Below are positions 26,405 to 46,566 of a stretch of DNA of 64,000 nucleotides, in pieces. The stretch's first letter is position 1. Each line of letters opens with the position of its first letter. Origin of the DNA: Anolis carolinensis (taxonomy: Eukaryota); NCBI RefSeq assembly GCF_035594765.1, contig NC_085842.1:20126782-20190781 (forward strand), read 5' to 3'. Below the pieces are notes generated by a model that did not search any database, was not told the origin of the DNA, and saw nothing but the letters and a program-made list of their open reading frames with translations. A program made the translations under genes and the position numbers.

Positions 26405-26539
26405 TGCAAAACTCTACTGTAGTTTAATTCCATATTAAAATTTATTTTTTGGCTTGTTTTTAGTTATCTGGTTTATTTAAGTTGTGGGCTGCTTTGGGTT
26501 CCAATTATGGGAGGAAAAGAGGGATAATAACAAAAACGT

Positions 26540-26838
26540 TGGTCTTTCGGCATCTTTGGAGACTGTTCTCAGTTCCGGCCACTGGGCAGTGCAGTCGCTC
26601 CATCTCCCTGCCGAAGAGCTTTCTTTCTTCATAAACTTCCTCCTGTTTTCTGATCAAATGCCAAGCCTAAACACCTCCCCTTTAATGCAGTTCCTATTTA
26701 TCAACTTACATTTGTTTTCAAACTGCTAGATAGGCAGAAGCTGGGCTAAAGGTCAGGAGCTCACACTGACCTGGGCTTCGAACTCTCAACCTTCTAGTTG
26801 CAAAATGTATTGCAGCTTGCTGTGCTAAAGCCCGGCCC
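26540..26838 (-). mobile_element. Older tRNA-derived SINE in intron 1 (also ~37540-37835, ~45435-45732, ~54455-54752)
   Basis: Minus-strand head GGGCCGGGCTTTAGCACAGC and B-box GAGTTCGAAGCCC; Sauria-like middle region. Confidence 0.55.
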
Positions 26839-27412
26839 TATAGCAATTTTCTTCTCCATTTTGGAGGCATCACTTCTTAGCTCCAGTTTTCAAAGTGGCT
26901 ACTTCTTTCAAAATGACAGTTGCTGCTCACTGGGAAGAGCTATCATTCATATATCAATGTTCTTCTCCATTTTGAAGGCCACTCCTCATGGCTCCAATTT
27001 TCAATGGCCATTTGACAGCAACCATGAAGCTAATGTGGCCCTTGATGGAAATCGGCTTGACATTCCTAGCCTAGCTTCTCCAGGACAGCTTTGTGCTGGC
27101 AGAGCCTTTCATTTCAATAAGGTTTGCTATAATCCATAATTTCCTGTTTTTGCAGTAAATTCAGGAAAGTATGCCCCATGGATACAGTAGTCAGAGTGTA
27201 CTGTTTTAACCTTTTCATGATTCCCTATTTAAGGTACCAGTTCCATTCCAGCCCTGCATCTTTGCTTTCATAACTCTTCCTCTTTAAAAACTGAATGTTG
27301 TATAATAGTCTTTTTTCTTTCAGTTTTCCAGGCGGTAAGCTCCAGGCAGATGTTTCAACTCGTGCAGTAGACTCTAGAATTTCCCACCATTTCAGGCTGG
27401 TATTGTCTAAGG

Positions 27413-30966
<3,554 letters not shown>

Positions 30967-31780
30967 AAATGTACAGAATGCAATAAGAGTTTCAGCAACG
31001 GGTCGACCTTTGTCAGACATAAGAGAATCCACACCAGAGGGAAACCGTACTCCTAATCAGATTGCGGGAAGGGCTTTAGCGAAACTACTAGCCTAACTTT
31101 ACATCAGAGAATCCATGGAGAGAGAATATGCCAGACAAAAATCAACATTTGCTGGATGCTGGCATGGCTGTGTTAGTCCTTTCAATGAATGGAACGGACA
31201 GTCTAGTGGCATCTTAAAAAGGAACACCCTATACCAGCCATCCTCAAACCTTTTAAGCAGAGGGCCAGTTCATGGTCCCTCAGAGTGTTGGGAGGCTGCA
31301 ACTACATTGGATTCACAAACAACAGTTAGATTGGCTAACAAACGAACGAAGGGAGAGGTTACATTTTCCCTCAGCATTCACACACAGGTACATGTATCCA
31401 TCTTCATGCATACAAACCTTACAATCTCTTTTCTCCCTCCTTGGAGAAGCACCTGCTTAGGCCAGGCCCTGCTTTTCCTGCAGCTGCCAGCACAAAACTC
31501 CAAAATGGATCTTTTTTCCCTAAGAACAATGCCAAGGATCAGACCCCTATTTCCATACAGCAGAACTGACTCTCTGCAACGCATATCGTGACTCCAGAAT
31601 GCACTCCTTCCTCTTCCCATGAGAAAAGGAGGCCCCAAAAGGGACCAGACTGCTTCCCTGGAAATCTGCCACTTTCCCATCATCTCCACTGAGCATGGCG
31701 AGTGAACAGCGTTGCTGTCTGTCACACTTTCTGGATCGTCATAAGGTCACCTATATAGCAATATTTTGCTGATGTTGTCC

Positions 31781-32090
31781 TAAGGTTGTAAATGAATGAT
31801 CGACATCTTCCATCCTGGCTCCATCTCAGTTTCCTGCCCAGATGTTGACTCTTCTTCATTGGTGTTGGCCTTGTGTTGACTTCCTTCTTAATAGTTGTAA
31901 ATGTTTCCTCAACTTGATGTAAACATTTCTCTTATCATTGTCACAGTTCTTATCACAGACGACCAGGCAGGTCAACTACTTCAGCTCTCATTAGCAGCAA
32001 GGCCAACACCAATGAAGAAGAGTCAACATCTGGGCAAGAAACTGAGATGGAGCCAGGATGGAAGATGTCGATCATTCATTTACAACCTTA
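31781..32090. repeat. 93-bp inverted duplication with a 124-bp loop, unit B only
   Basis: 31781-31873 versus 31998-32090, one mismatch. Confidence 0.9.
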
Positions 32091-32439
32091 ATTGATGCCC
32101 AATAGCAAATCTAATATACCGAAAACGGGTGCCACATTTCAAATGAGGTGATTTGTAGTTCTTTTCTCACGCCTCAGTCTTTCAGCCGGAATGGAGATCC
32201 ACCTCTCGTTCACCCCCTCCCGCCACAAATGCTCTTTGGTCTAAATGCCTCCGCCTGATGTAGTTCTCATAGGAAGTTCTGTCTTGAGCTGAGCATCAGT
32301 CTTGGCCGTAACCAGGGGCTGAGCATGAACTCCAAAGCTCTTGCCGAAAGCCTGGGGTAGGAAGTGTGTGATCTTAGGGAGCCTCCAGTTGGGACAAATG
32401 TGTGGGGAGTGAATATTTGGGAAGGATTTCAGAAGTGGG

Positions 32440-33020
32440 ACCAGGGTTCAAATCTCCACTCAGCTGTGAAACTCAACTCAGTGACCTTGGGCAAGTCACA
32501 CTCTCTCAGCCCCTGTAGAAGGCAGGGCAACTCCTCCCGCAAAACAAAGATTGCCAGGAAAACCTATGCTAGGTTCACTGTAGGACGGGCAAAAGTCATA
32601 AACAATTGGAGGGAACTAAAAGATTTTAAAAATACAAATGCCCTAAAGCACCAGATCCCATCTGCCCTGGAAAGCTAAGCAGGGTCAGCCCTGGTTGGTA
32701 CTTGGATGGGAGACCCCAACACACCCCAAGTGTCCTGGGCTGTATCTCAGAGGAGGAACTGGGAAAGCCACCTTTGATTTCTTACTTTAAAAAGGCCCCT
32801 AGTAATTCATGTGGCCACAGAAACCCAACAGTGAATAGAAGGCAGAGGGTGCACCTTAAGACTACATAGCGTGAAGGCAGTTGATGCAATCTTGGAAGCT
32901 AAGCAGAGTCAGCCTTGGATAGCACTTGGATGGGAGACCGACAAGGGGTCCAAAGTGCTGGAGGCTTCACTGCAGAGGAAACCCCCATCTTTGCCCCAGA
33001 AACCCCTTTGCAATCCAGGA
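32440..33020 (+). mobile_element. Train of one tRNA-type SINE (32440-32612) and two 5S rRNA-derived SINEs (~32633-32845, ~32860-33020)
   Basis: 5S internal control region: A box AGCTAAGCAGGG at 32673-32684 and C box TGGATGGGAG at 32703-32712, followed by a non-5S tail. Confidence 0.75.
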
Positions 33021-33067
33021 GGAACATCATCCATCTGCAGGCAAGTTCAGCAGCACACCTTGGATAA

Positions 33068-36000
33068 CTTAGGCGATCCCTCGTAGCTCGAGGACGATTG
33101 TCTTCCATCCTTGGTGTCTTGGGGTGGGTTCTTAGGTGTCTGAAGAGACCTTTTCTTGACCCACATATTCTCCCGCTGTGAGGACATCAGTTTCCAGGTG
33201 GAAGGCGGGTCCCGGTCGGGGTTAGCTTGACGCTCCTTCCTCTTGGCACGTTTCTCCCTTAAGCCCTCCGTTCGTGCCTCTTCAAACTCCGCAGCACTGC
33301 TGGTCACAGCTGACCTCCAATTAGAGCGCTCAAGGGCCAGGGCTTCCCAGTTCTCAGTGTCTATGCCACAGTTTTTAAGGTTGGCTTTGAGCCCATCTTT
33401 AAATCTCTTTTCCTGCCCACCAACATTACGTTTCCCATTCTTGAGTTCGGAGTAGAGTAACTGCTTTGGGAGACGGTGATCGGGCATTTGGACAACGTGG
33501 CCAGTCCAGCGGAGTTGATGGCGTAGGAGCATCGCTTCAATGCTGGTGGTCTTTGCTTCCTAAAGCATGCTGACATTTGTCCGCCTGTCTTCCCAAGAGA
33601 TTTGCAGGATTTTCCTGAGGCAACGCTGATGGAAACGCTCCAGGAGTTTGGTGTGACGTCTGTACACAGTCCACGTTTCGCAGGCATAGAGCACGGTTGG
33701 GAGGACAATGGCTTTGTAAACAAGCACCTTGGTATCTCTACGGATGTCTTGGTCATCAAACACTCTCTGCTTCATACGGAAAAATGCTGCACTCGCAGAG
33801 CTCAAGCGGTGTTGTATTTCAGTGTCGATGTTGACTTCTGTGGAGAGGTGGCTGCCAAGGTAGCAGAAATGGTCAAGGTTTTCTAATGTTACACCGTTAA
33901 GCTGTATTTCTGGCATTGCAGAGGGATTACCGTGTTTCCCCGAAAATAAGACCTCCCCAAAGAATAAGACCTAGCAGGGGTTTGGGGGGATTGCCAAATA
34001 TAAGGCCTCCCCTGAAAGTAAGACCTAGCAACTAAGGCTGCAGCAGAGTTTCATTGGGAAGCATGGCTGCAGGGCTAAAGCAGCACTCATACACACACCG
34101 GAGGGAGGGAGGGAGAGAAGGAGGGAGAGAAAGTGCTTGCTTTCTGTGCCTCCCTCCCTGCCTTGCCTTTCCTGTCCCCCAGCCGCGGCTTGAAGAACCT
34201 TCCGTGGCTGCTGCTGTGCTGCCGTTTCTTCCTTCGGAGACAAGGCCACGCTGGCCATGCTCCCTTCTTCCCAGAGGCTTCTGATTGGCTCCTGGAGCCC
34301 GGGCAAGGGAGGGTGGGAGGGAAGGAAGAGGGCTTTCCACTCGTCCTGCTGCTTCAGCTCCTTAAAGGTACAGGACGCATTGGGATTCTCCTCTCATCCT
34401 TATTCCTATCCTATGCCCTGAAACATTGTTTTATACCATTATTCTATTGCCATATTATTATCATCATATTCTGTTACTATTATTATATCCCATTATTATA
34501 TTATCCTATTAATATATTTTATATCATTATATTATATTTTTCTATTATTATTATTATATCATTATATTATTATTCTATTTTCATATTATATTATTATTCT
34601 GTTATTATAATATTCCATTTTATATTATCCTATTAATATATTTTATATCATTATATTCTATACTATGATTCTATTATATTATCATATTATTTTATCATTA
34701 TTAGCATATTCTGTTATTATTATATTCCATTTTATATTATGCTATTAATATATTTTATATCATTATATTCTATACTATTATCCTATTATATTATCATATT
34801 ATTATTTTATCATTATTAGCATATTCTGTTATTATTATATTCCATTTTATATTATCCTATTAATATATTTTATATCATTCTATTCCATTCTATTATTCTA
34901 TTATATTATCCTATTATTATATTATTATGCTATTCTGTTATTATATCCCATTATTATATTATCCTATTAATACCTTATTATTATCATATTCTGTTATTAT
35001 ATCCTATTATTATATTATCTAATTAATATATTGTATATCATTATATTATTATTATATTATCATATTATTATTATAGTATATTATATTATTCCTCATTCAT
35101 GACTACATTGAAACTAGAATAGAGAGAAATCAGCGTGGAAACCTTGTGAAACCTAAACTGCAAGAGGTACCATAGATTGTTGCACATGTAAATAATGGTA
35201 GTAACAAGAAATTCTTGATAGGATTCACAGTTTGTCTGGTTATGCTGGTTTGTGATGACAACTACTTTACAGTATATAATAAATGTTCATTTTGTTGTTC
35301 AACAATAAATGTGAGCTCTTCTTCATGGAAAAATAAGACATCCCCTGAAAATAAGACCTAGTGCATCTTTTCTTGGAGCTGTCGTGCAGTGAAGATCATG
35401 TCCACTGTTCCTCTGGAGGAGTGGAAGCCGTTCTGGGATTCTGGGAGGATGTCTTCTGAGACAGGGAGAAGGCGGTTTGCAAGGATTCTTGCGAGGATTT
35501 TCCCGGCAGAGGTTAGAAGGGAGATACCACGATAGTTCCCGCAGTCTGTTCTGTCCCCTTTCTTGAAAAGGGTGATGATGGTGGCATCCTTGAAGTCTGC
35601 TGGGATTTTCTCGGTCATCCACACCTTTTCAATGAGCTGGTGGAGTTGGTGTATCAGCTCAGGTCCACCCTCTTTGAAGATTTCAGCAGGAATCCCATCA
35701 GGTCTGCTGGCTTTGTTGGTTTTTTTTGTTGGCTGATGGCATTGCTGACTTCTTCCAAATTAGGCAGTGCTGCAAGCTCATCCCTGGTTTGTTGTTGCGG
35801 GATTTGTGAGAGGGTCTCTTCGGCCACATTGGAGTTGCGATTCAGCAGGCTCTGGTAGTGCTCTTTCCAATGTAGTGCAATCAATGTTTTGTCCTTCAGA
35901 ATTTTGGTTCCATCTGATGAGCGTAGGGGCTGTATGCCATGGTTTCTTGGTCCGTAGATGATCTTTGTGGCATTGAAAAATCCCTGAGCGTCATGGGTAT

Positions 36001-36269
36001 CTGCAAGGTGTTGGATTTCTTCAGCCTTCTTTGTCCACCAGATGTTCTTGAGTTCTCTGGTCCTTCTTTGGACCTCAGCTTTTGCACTGGCATAGATCTT
36101 TCTCTTGGCAGCACAGTTGGTGTCTCTCTGCCATGTTTGGAAGGCTTTCCTTTTGTTATCAATTAGCTGTTGGATCTCTTTGTCGTTATCATCAAACCAG
36201 TCTTGATGTTTCTTAGTTTGGTATCCAATGGTTTCTTCGCAGGCTGTGATGATGGAGGTCTTCAGTCTT
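33068..36269 (-). mobile_element. 5'-truncated RTE-clade LINE
   Basis: RT-like peptides (FKKGDRTDCGNYRGISLL, YACETW, LRWTGHV). 12-bp TSD CACCTTGGATAA (33056-33067 / 36270-36281); empty site visible in unit E at ~61325. Confidence 0.9.
33930..35368. mobile_element. Tc1/mariner (pogo/Tigger-like) non-autonomous element nested in the RTE; right TIR lost
   Basis: TA + CCGTGTTTCCCCGAAAATAAGACC, repeated AATAAGAC subterminal motifs, AT-rich low-complexity core ~34430-35095. Confidence 0.7.
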
Positions 36270-37096
36270 CACCTTGGATAAAGAACAAGCTGACAGCCTG
36301 GGGACTGAAAGGACGATGAAAGAGGAATTTATAAAAGACTTTATAGAACATAAGAACGATGGAGAGTTTAATCAAAATACAAGAATAAATAAAACATAAT
36401 AATAGATAAAAAGTCTAGAACACATAATTGGAAAAAACCAGTCCTGATTTGCACTTCTTCTTATGGATAACATGGGGAAAGTACTTTATTAAAACCTGGT
36501 CAGAGGAATTTTCTCCCCGTTAAAAAAGAGTTCCATCTCAGCTTCCAAACCCACGTGTTTCCCAGGCCCGGCTCTTCCAGGCATTCTTGTCCAAGGGAGC
36601 GGAGGCTTCTGGGAGTTGAAGTCCAAAGCCTGGAGGACCAGAGGCGACTTGAAGGCTAACCTCCGAGATCTGGAACTACAGGTGGCTAGAGAGGACTTCC
36701 TGCGGTGTTTTGTTTTGGGCGGATGTGGGCTGTGTCCTCCTCTTCCTGGTCCGGCTTCTCCTCCAAAAGCGGCTTCTTGGGAAACTCGTGCCTTTGGCTT
36801 TTCTTTCTGGGAGGATTTTGGAGGAAAAGGAGAAACACCTGAGGCGGAGTTCTTGGGTTTAAAGGGAAGAAACCGGAGGGAGGAAGGTGAGGGAAGGCAG
36901 GGGAAGGGAGGGCAGGCGGGTCTGGTGGGCCCTGTTTCCTTCTTTCCCGCCCCATGCAGGGGATCCTGGGAGTTGCAAAGGTCTTCCTCCCCAAACTACA
37001 GCTGCCCTGATTCCATAGCCTTGAGCCTGGCCGTTAAAAGGGGCACCAGACTGCATTCCCTCACCAGTGTAAACATACCCTCGATTATTGTGACTA

Positions 37097-37419
37097 CAGG
37101 AGAGTCTCGCATATCCAGCCTTCGCTCATCCAACGTTCTGTATTATCCAACAGAGTCGGCCTCCTCCCCTGATCCACTGCTGTTTTTCTAGGCAGCAACG
37201 CGCAGTGCGCCAACACACCCAACAGCAACACAAGTGCGGCCACGCTCCCAAATAAGGGGCAGGCCTCTTGCAAAACATCATGTGCTGCTGCTTCATTTGT
37301 AAAATCATAACATAATTTGATGTTTAAAAGCTTTTCCTTAATCCCTCCTTATTATCCAACATTTTTGCATATCCAGTGTTCTGCTGCCCCGTTTATGTTG
37401 GATAAGTGAGACTCTACTG
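37097..37419. mobile_element. Tc1/mariner MITE in intron 1 (also 45009-45315, 54029-54335)
   Basis: CAG(T/G)AGAGTCTC...GAGACTCTACTG TIRs with TA flanks. Confidence 0.85.
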
Positions 37420-38408
37420 TAGTTTAATTCCATATTAAAATGTATTTTTGCTTCTTTTTAGTTGTCTGGGTTTTTTTAAGTCATGGGCTGCTTTGGGTTC
37501 CAATTATGGGAGGAAAAGAGGGATAATAACAAAAACGTAGATCTTTCAGCATCTTTGGAGATTGTGCTTGGATCCGGCCACTGGGCGGTTCTGTCACTCC
37601 ATCTCCCTGCCGAAGAGCTTTCATTCTTCATAATCTTCCTCCTGTTTTCTGACCAAATGCAGAGCCTAAACACCTCCCTTTTAATGCAGTTCCTATTTAT
37701 CAACTCACATTTGTTTTCAAATTGTTAAGTAGGCAGAAGCTGGGCTAAAGGTCAGGAGCTCACACTGACCTGGGCTTCGAACTCTCAACCTAGTTGCAAG
37801 ATGTATTACAGCTTGCTGTGCTAAAGCCTGGTCCTATAGCAATGTTCTTCTCCATTTTGGAGGCATCACCTTTCGGCTCCAGTTTTCAAAATGGCTGCTA
37901 CTTTCAAAATGACAGTTGCCGCTCACTGGGAGAGCTATCATTCCTATAGCAATGTTCATCTCCATTTTGGAGGCCACTCCTCATGGCTCCAGTTTTCAAT
38001 GGCCATTTAAAGGCAACCATGAAGCTGATGTGTCCCTTGATGAAAATAGGCTTGACATTCCTGGCCTAGGTTCTCCAGGAGAGCTTTGGGCTGGCGGAGC
38101 CTTTCATTTCAATAAGGTTTGCTATTATCCATACTTTCCTGTTTTGCAGTACATTCAGGAAAGTTTGCCCCATGGATGCAGTAGTCAGAGTGTACTGTTT
38201 TAACCTTTTCATGGTTCCCTATTTAAAGACCAGTTCCATTCCAGCTCTGCATCTTCGCTTTCTTTATTCTTCCTCTTTAAAAACTGAATGTTGTATAATC
38301 TTTTTCTTTTTTCTTTCAGTTTTCCAGGCGGTAAGCTCCAGGTGTATGTTTAGATTGCCGCAGTAGACTCTACCATTTCCCAGCATTTCAGGCTAGTATT
38401 GTCCGAGG

Positions 38409-41750
<3,342 letters not shown>

Positions 41751-43442
41751 AAATGTACAGAATGCAATAAGAGTTTCAGCAACGGGTCGACCTTTGTCAG
41801 ACATAAGAGAATCCACACCAGAGGGAAACCATACTCCTAATCAGATTGCAGGAAGGGCTTTAGCAAAACGACTAGCCCGACCTTACGTCAGAGAATCCAT
41901 GGTGAGAGAAGATGCCACACAAAAATCAACATTTGCTGGATGCTGGCATGGCTGTGTTAGTCCTTTCAACGAATGGAACGGACAGTCTAGTGGCATCTTA
42001 AAAAGGAACACCCTATACCAGCCATCCTCAAACCTTTTAAGCAGAGGGCCAGTTCATGGTTCCTCAGAGTGTTGGGAGGCTGCAACTACATTGGATTCAC
42101 AAACAACAGTTAGATTGGCTAACAAACGAACAAAGGGAGAGGTTACATTTTCCCTCAGCATTCACACACAGGTACATGTATCCATCTTCATGCATACAAA
42201 TATTACCATCTCTTTCCTCCCTCCTTGGAGAAGCACATGCTTAGGCCAGGCCCTGCTTTTCCTGCAGCTGCCAACGCAAAACTCCAATATTGATCTTTTT
42301 TCCCTAAGAACAATGCCAAGGATCAGACCCCTATTTCCATACAGCAGAACTGCCTCTCTGCAACGCATATCGTGACTCCAGAATGCACTCCTTCCTCTTC
42401 CCATGAGAAAAGGAGGCCCCAAAAGGGACCAGACTGCTTCCCTGGAAATCTGCCACTTTCCCATACTCCATCTCCACTGAGCATGGCGAGTGAACAGCGC
42501 TGCTGTCTGTCACACTTTCTGGATCGTCATAAGGTCACCTATATAGCAATATTTTGCTGATGTTGTCCTAAGGTTGTAAATGAATGATCGACATCTTCCA
42601 TCCTGGCTCCATCTCAGTTTCCTGCCCAGATGTTGACTCTTCTTCATTGGTGTTGGCCTTGTGTTGACTTCCTTCTTAATAGTTATAAATGTTTCCTCAA
42701 CTTGATGTAAACATTGCTCTTATCATTGTCACAGTTCTTATCACAGACGACCAGGCAGGTCAACTACTTCAGCTCTCAAGAGCAGCTTTTAATCACAGTT
42801 CAGCAAGCAGGTAGTAAGTCATTGTAGGCCTTAATATTTTAGACTGGTGTCTCCAAAATGTAGCTCTCATTCATTCATCTTCCATTCGGTTCATTCATAC
42901 CTACACATAATATCAAATCCACATTTATCAAATCTGCACTTCATGTTTTGTAACGTAGAAGGGCCCTTAGTCATGCGGCCTTCCCATTTTCCTCTCAACT
43001 TTCTATGCACCAAGTATAGCTGTCTTTTCCAGTGAATCGCCATCTCCATATTAGCCTTTGAGACTTCTAGTGATGGTTCACACTGGATTTGCTATTGATG
43101 CCCAATAGCAAATCTAATATACCGAAAACGGGTGCCACATTTCAAATTAGGTGATTTGTAGTTCTTTTCTCACGTCTCATTCTTTCAGCCACACTGGAGA
43201 TCCACCTCCCGTTCACCCCCTCCCGCCACAAATGCTCTTTGGTCTAAATGCCTCCGCCTGATGTAGTTCTCATAGGAAGTTCTGTCTTGAGCTGAGCATC
43301 AGTCTTGGCCGTAACCAGGGGCTGAGCATGAACTCCAAAGCTCTTGCCGAAAGCCTGGGGTAGGAAGTGTGTGATCTTAGGGAGCCTCCAGTTGGGACAA
43401 ATGTGTGGGGAGTGAATATTTGGGAAGGATTTCAGAAGTGGG

Positions 43443-44030
43443 ACCAGGGTTCAAATCTCCACTCAGCTGTGAAACTCAACTCAGTGACCTTGGGCAAGTC
43501 ACACTCTCTCAGCCCCTGTAGAAGGCAGGGCAACTCCTCCCGCAAAATAAAGATTGCCAGGAAAACCTATGCTAGGTTCACTGTAGGATGGGCAAAAGTC
43601 ATAAACAATTGGAAGGGACTCAAAGATTTTAAAAATACAAATGCCCTAAAGCACCAGATGCCATCTGCCCTGGGAAGCTAAGCAGGGTCAGCCCTGGTTG
43701 GTACTTGGATGGGAGACCCCAACACACCCCAAGTGTCCTGGGCTGTATCTCAGAGGAGGAACTGTTGAGACCACCTCTGAGTTACTCCTGACCTAAGAAG
43801 ACCCCTCGTGATTCATGGGGCCACAGAAACCCACCAGTGAACAGAAGAAGGCACATGAAGCACCTTAAGACTAAATACCCTGAAGGCAGTTGATGTGGTC
43901 TATCTTGGGAGTTAAGCAGGGTCAGCCTTGGTTTGCACTTGGATGGGAGACCGAGAAGGGGTCCAAAGTGCAGGAGGCTTCACGGCAGAGGAAACCCACC
44001 TTCTTTGCCCCAGAAACCCCTTTGCAATTC
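43443..44030 (+). mobile_element. tRNA SINE + two 5S-derived SINEs (unit C)
   Basis: Homologous to 32440-33020. Confidence 0.7.
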
Positions 44031-46103
44031 AGGGGAACAACATCCATCTCCAGGCAAGATCAGCAGGATAAAGAACAAGCTGAAAGCCTGGGGACTGAAA
44101 GGACGACGAAGGAGGAAGTTATAAAACATTTCATAGAACATAAGAACGATGGAGAGGTTAATCGAAATGCAAGAATAAATAAAACAAAATAATAGATAAA
44201 AAATCTAGAACACATAATTTGAAAAAAGCAGACCTGATTTGCACTACTTCTTATGGGTAACGTGGGGAAAGAACTTTATTAAAACTTTGTCAGAGGAATT
44301 TCCTCCCCGTTAAAAAAGCATTTCCTCTCAGCTTCAAAACCCACGTGTTTCCCAGGCTCGGCTCTTCCAGGCATTCTTGTCCAAGGGAGCGGAGGCTTCT
44401 GGGAGTTGAAGTCCAAACCCTGGAGGACCAGAGGCGTCTTGAAGGCAAACCTCCGAGATGTGGACCTACAGGTGGCTAGAGAGGACTTCCTGCGGTGTTT
44501 TGTTTTGGGCGGATGTGGCCCGTGTCCCCTCTTCCTGGTCCGGCTTCTCCTCCAAACGCGGCTTCTTGGGAAACTCGTGCCTTTGGCTTTTCTTTCTGGG
44601 AGGATTTTGGAGGAAAAGGAGAAACGCCTGAGGCGGAGTTCCTGGGTTTAGAGGGAAGAAACCGGAGGGAGGAAGGTGAGGGAAGGCAGGGGAAGGACAG
44701 GGAAGGTGAATCTGATGGGAAATGTTTCATCTCCTCCTTTGGAGCAGGATGAGGGAGAGCCGGAGGGCGGGAAGGGGAGGGTCCTGGGTTCATCTCCACT
44801 GGAGAAGGAATGCGGTTCACACCCCTGACCCTGCCTGGGGGATCCTGGGAGTTGCAGTTTTCCAAGGCCTTTCCCTTCTCTGCCAGAGAGTGCTGGTGCC
44901 TCCCCAAACTACAGCTGCCCTGATTCCATAGCCTTGAGCCTGGCAGTTAAAAGGGGCACCGAACTGCATTCACTCGCAGTGTAAACATACCCTCGATTGT
45001 TGTGACTACAGTAGAGTCTCGCTTATCCAGCCTTCACTCTTCCAACATTCTGTATTATCCAACGCAGTCGGCCTCCTCCCCTGATCCTCTGCTGTTTCTC
45101 TAGGCAGCAACGCGCAGTGCGCCAACACACCCAACAGCAACACAAGTGCGGCCACGCTCCCAAACAAGGGGCAGGCCTCTTGCAAAACATCATGTGCTGC
45201 TGCTTCATTTGTAAAATCATAACATAATTATATGTTTAATAGGCTTTTCCTTAATCTCTCCTTATTATCCAATGTTCTGCTGGCCTGTTTATGCTGGATA
45301 AGCGAGACTCTACTGTAGTTTAATTCTATATTAAAATGCATTTTTGCTTCTTTTTAGTTGTCTAGTTTTTTAAAGTCGTGGGCTGCTTTAGGTTCCAATT
45401 ATGGGAGGAAAAGAGCAACAATAACAAAAACGTTGATCTTTCAGCATCTTTGGAGACTGTGCTTGGATCCGGCCACTGGGTGGTTCTGTCACTCCATCTC
45501 CCTGCCGAAGAGCTTTCTTTCTTCATAATCTTCCTCCTGTTTTCTGACCAAATGCAGAGCCTAAACACCTCCCTTTTAATGCAGTTCCTATTTATCAACT
45601 CACATTTGTTTTCAAATTGTTAAGTAGGCAGAAGCTGGGCTAAAGGTCAGGAGCTCACACTGACCCGGGCTTTCAAATATCAATCTTCTGGTTGCAAGGT
45701 TTATTGCAGTTTGCTGTGCTAAAGCCCGGCCCATTTTGGAGGCATCGCTTCTCAGCTCCAGTTTTCAAAATGGCTACTACCTTCAAAATGATTGGTGCCA
45801 CTCACTGGGAGAGCTACCTTTGCTATAGCAATGTTCTCCTCCATTTTGGAGGCCACTCCTCAGAGCTCCAGTTTTCAATGGCCATTTGAAGGCAACCATG
45901 AAGCTGATGTGGCCCTTGATGAAAATGGGCTTGACATTCCTGGCCTAGGTTCTCCAGGACAGCTTTGTGCTGGCAGAGCCTTTCATTTCAATAAGGTTTG
46001 CTATAATCCATAATTTCCTGTTTTTGCAGTAAATTCAGGAAAGTATGCCCCATGGATACATTGGTCAGAGTGTACTGTTTTAACCTTTTCATGATTCCCT
46101 ATT

Positions 46104-46566
46104 ATTTATTTATTTATTTATTTACAGTATTTATATTCCGCCCTTCTCACCCCGAAGGGGACTCAGGGCGGATCACATTATAACACACATAGGGCAAACA
46201 TTCAATGCCCATAAACACATCAAACAGAGACTGAGAGACACACACGCAGAGGCAAGTTAACCTTCTTCTGAGGGGATGTTCGATTCTGGCCACAGGGGGG
46301 AGCAGCTGCTTCATCATCCACACTGACGGCACTTCCTCATTCCAGGTCGTAAATTAGTTAATCTTGCCTCCCCACTTATAAGTGGTACCTTATCTCCTAC
46401 TTGATAGATGCAACTATCTTTCGGGTTGCTAGGTCAGCAACGAGCAGGGGCTATTTTTTATTTTTAATTGACGGGTGCTCACCCCGCCACGGGCTGGCCT
46501 CGAACTCATGACCTCATGGTCAGAGTGATTTAAGGCAGCTGCTCAACAGCTGCGCCACAGCCCGGC
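46104..46566 (-). mobile_element. Young full-length Anolis SINE2-type SINE, unit D only
   Basis: TSD CCCTATT (46097-46103 / 46567-46573); empty site in B, C and E. Confidence 0.9.

Noticed and set aside
31115-31591. 158-aa ORF recurring in all four units
   Set aside because: Lies in the 3' UTR; recurrence follows from recent duplication; start and frame differ between copies; no recognisable domain.
32633-32745. 5S rRNA genes
   Set aside because: Ends are diverged, there is no T-run terminator, and they continue into a SINE tail; they are 5S-derived SINEs.
34133-35095. Hydrophobic I/Y/L-rich ORF
   Set aside because: Translation of AT-rich low-complexity DNA inside a MITE.
36616-37191. ORFs over the promoter/first-exon regions
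   Set aside because: Non-ATG starts and frames not conserved between units.
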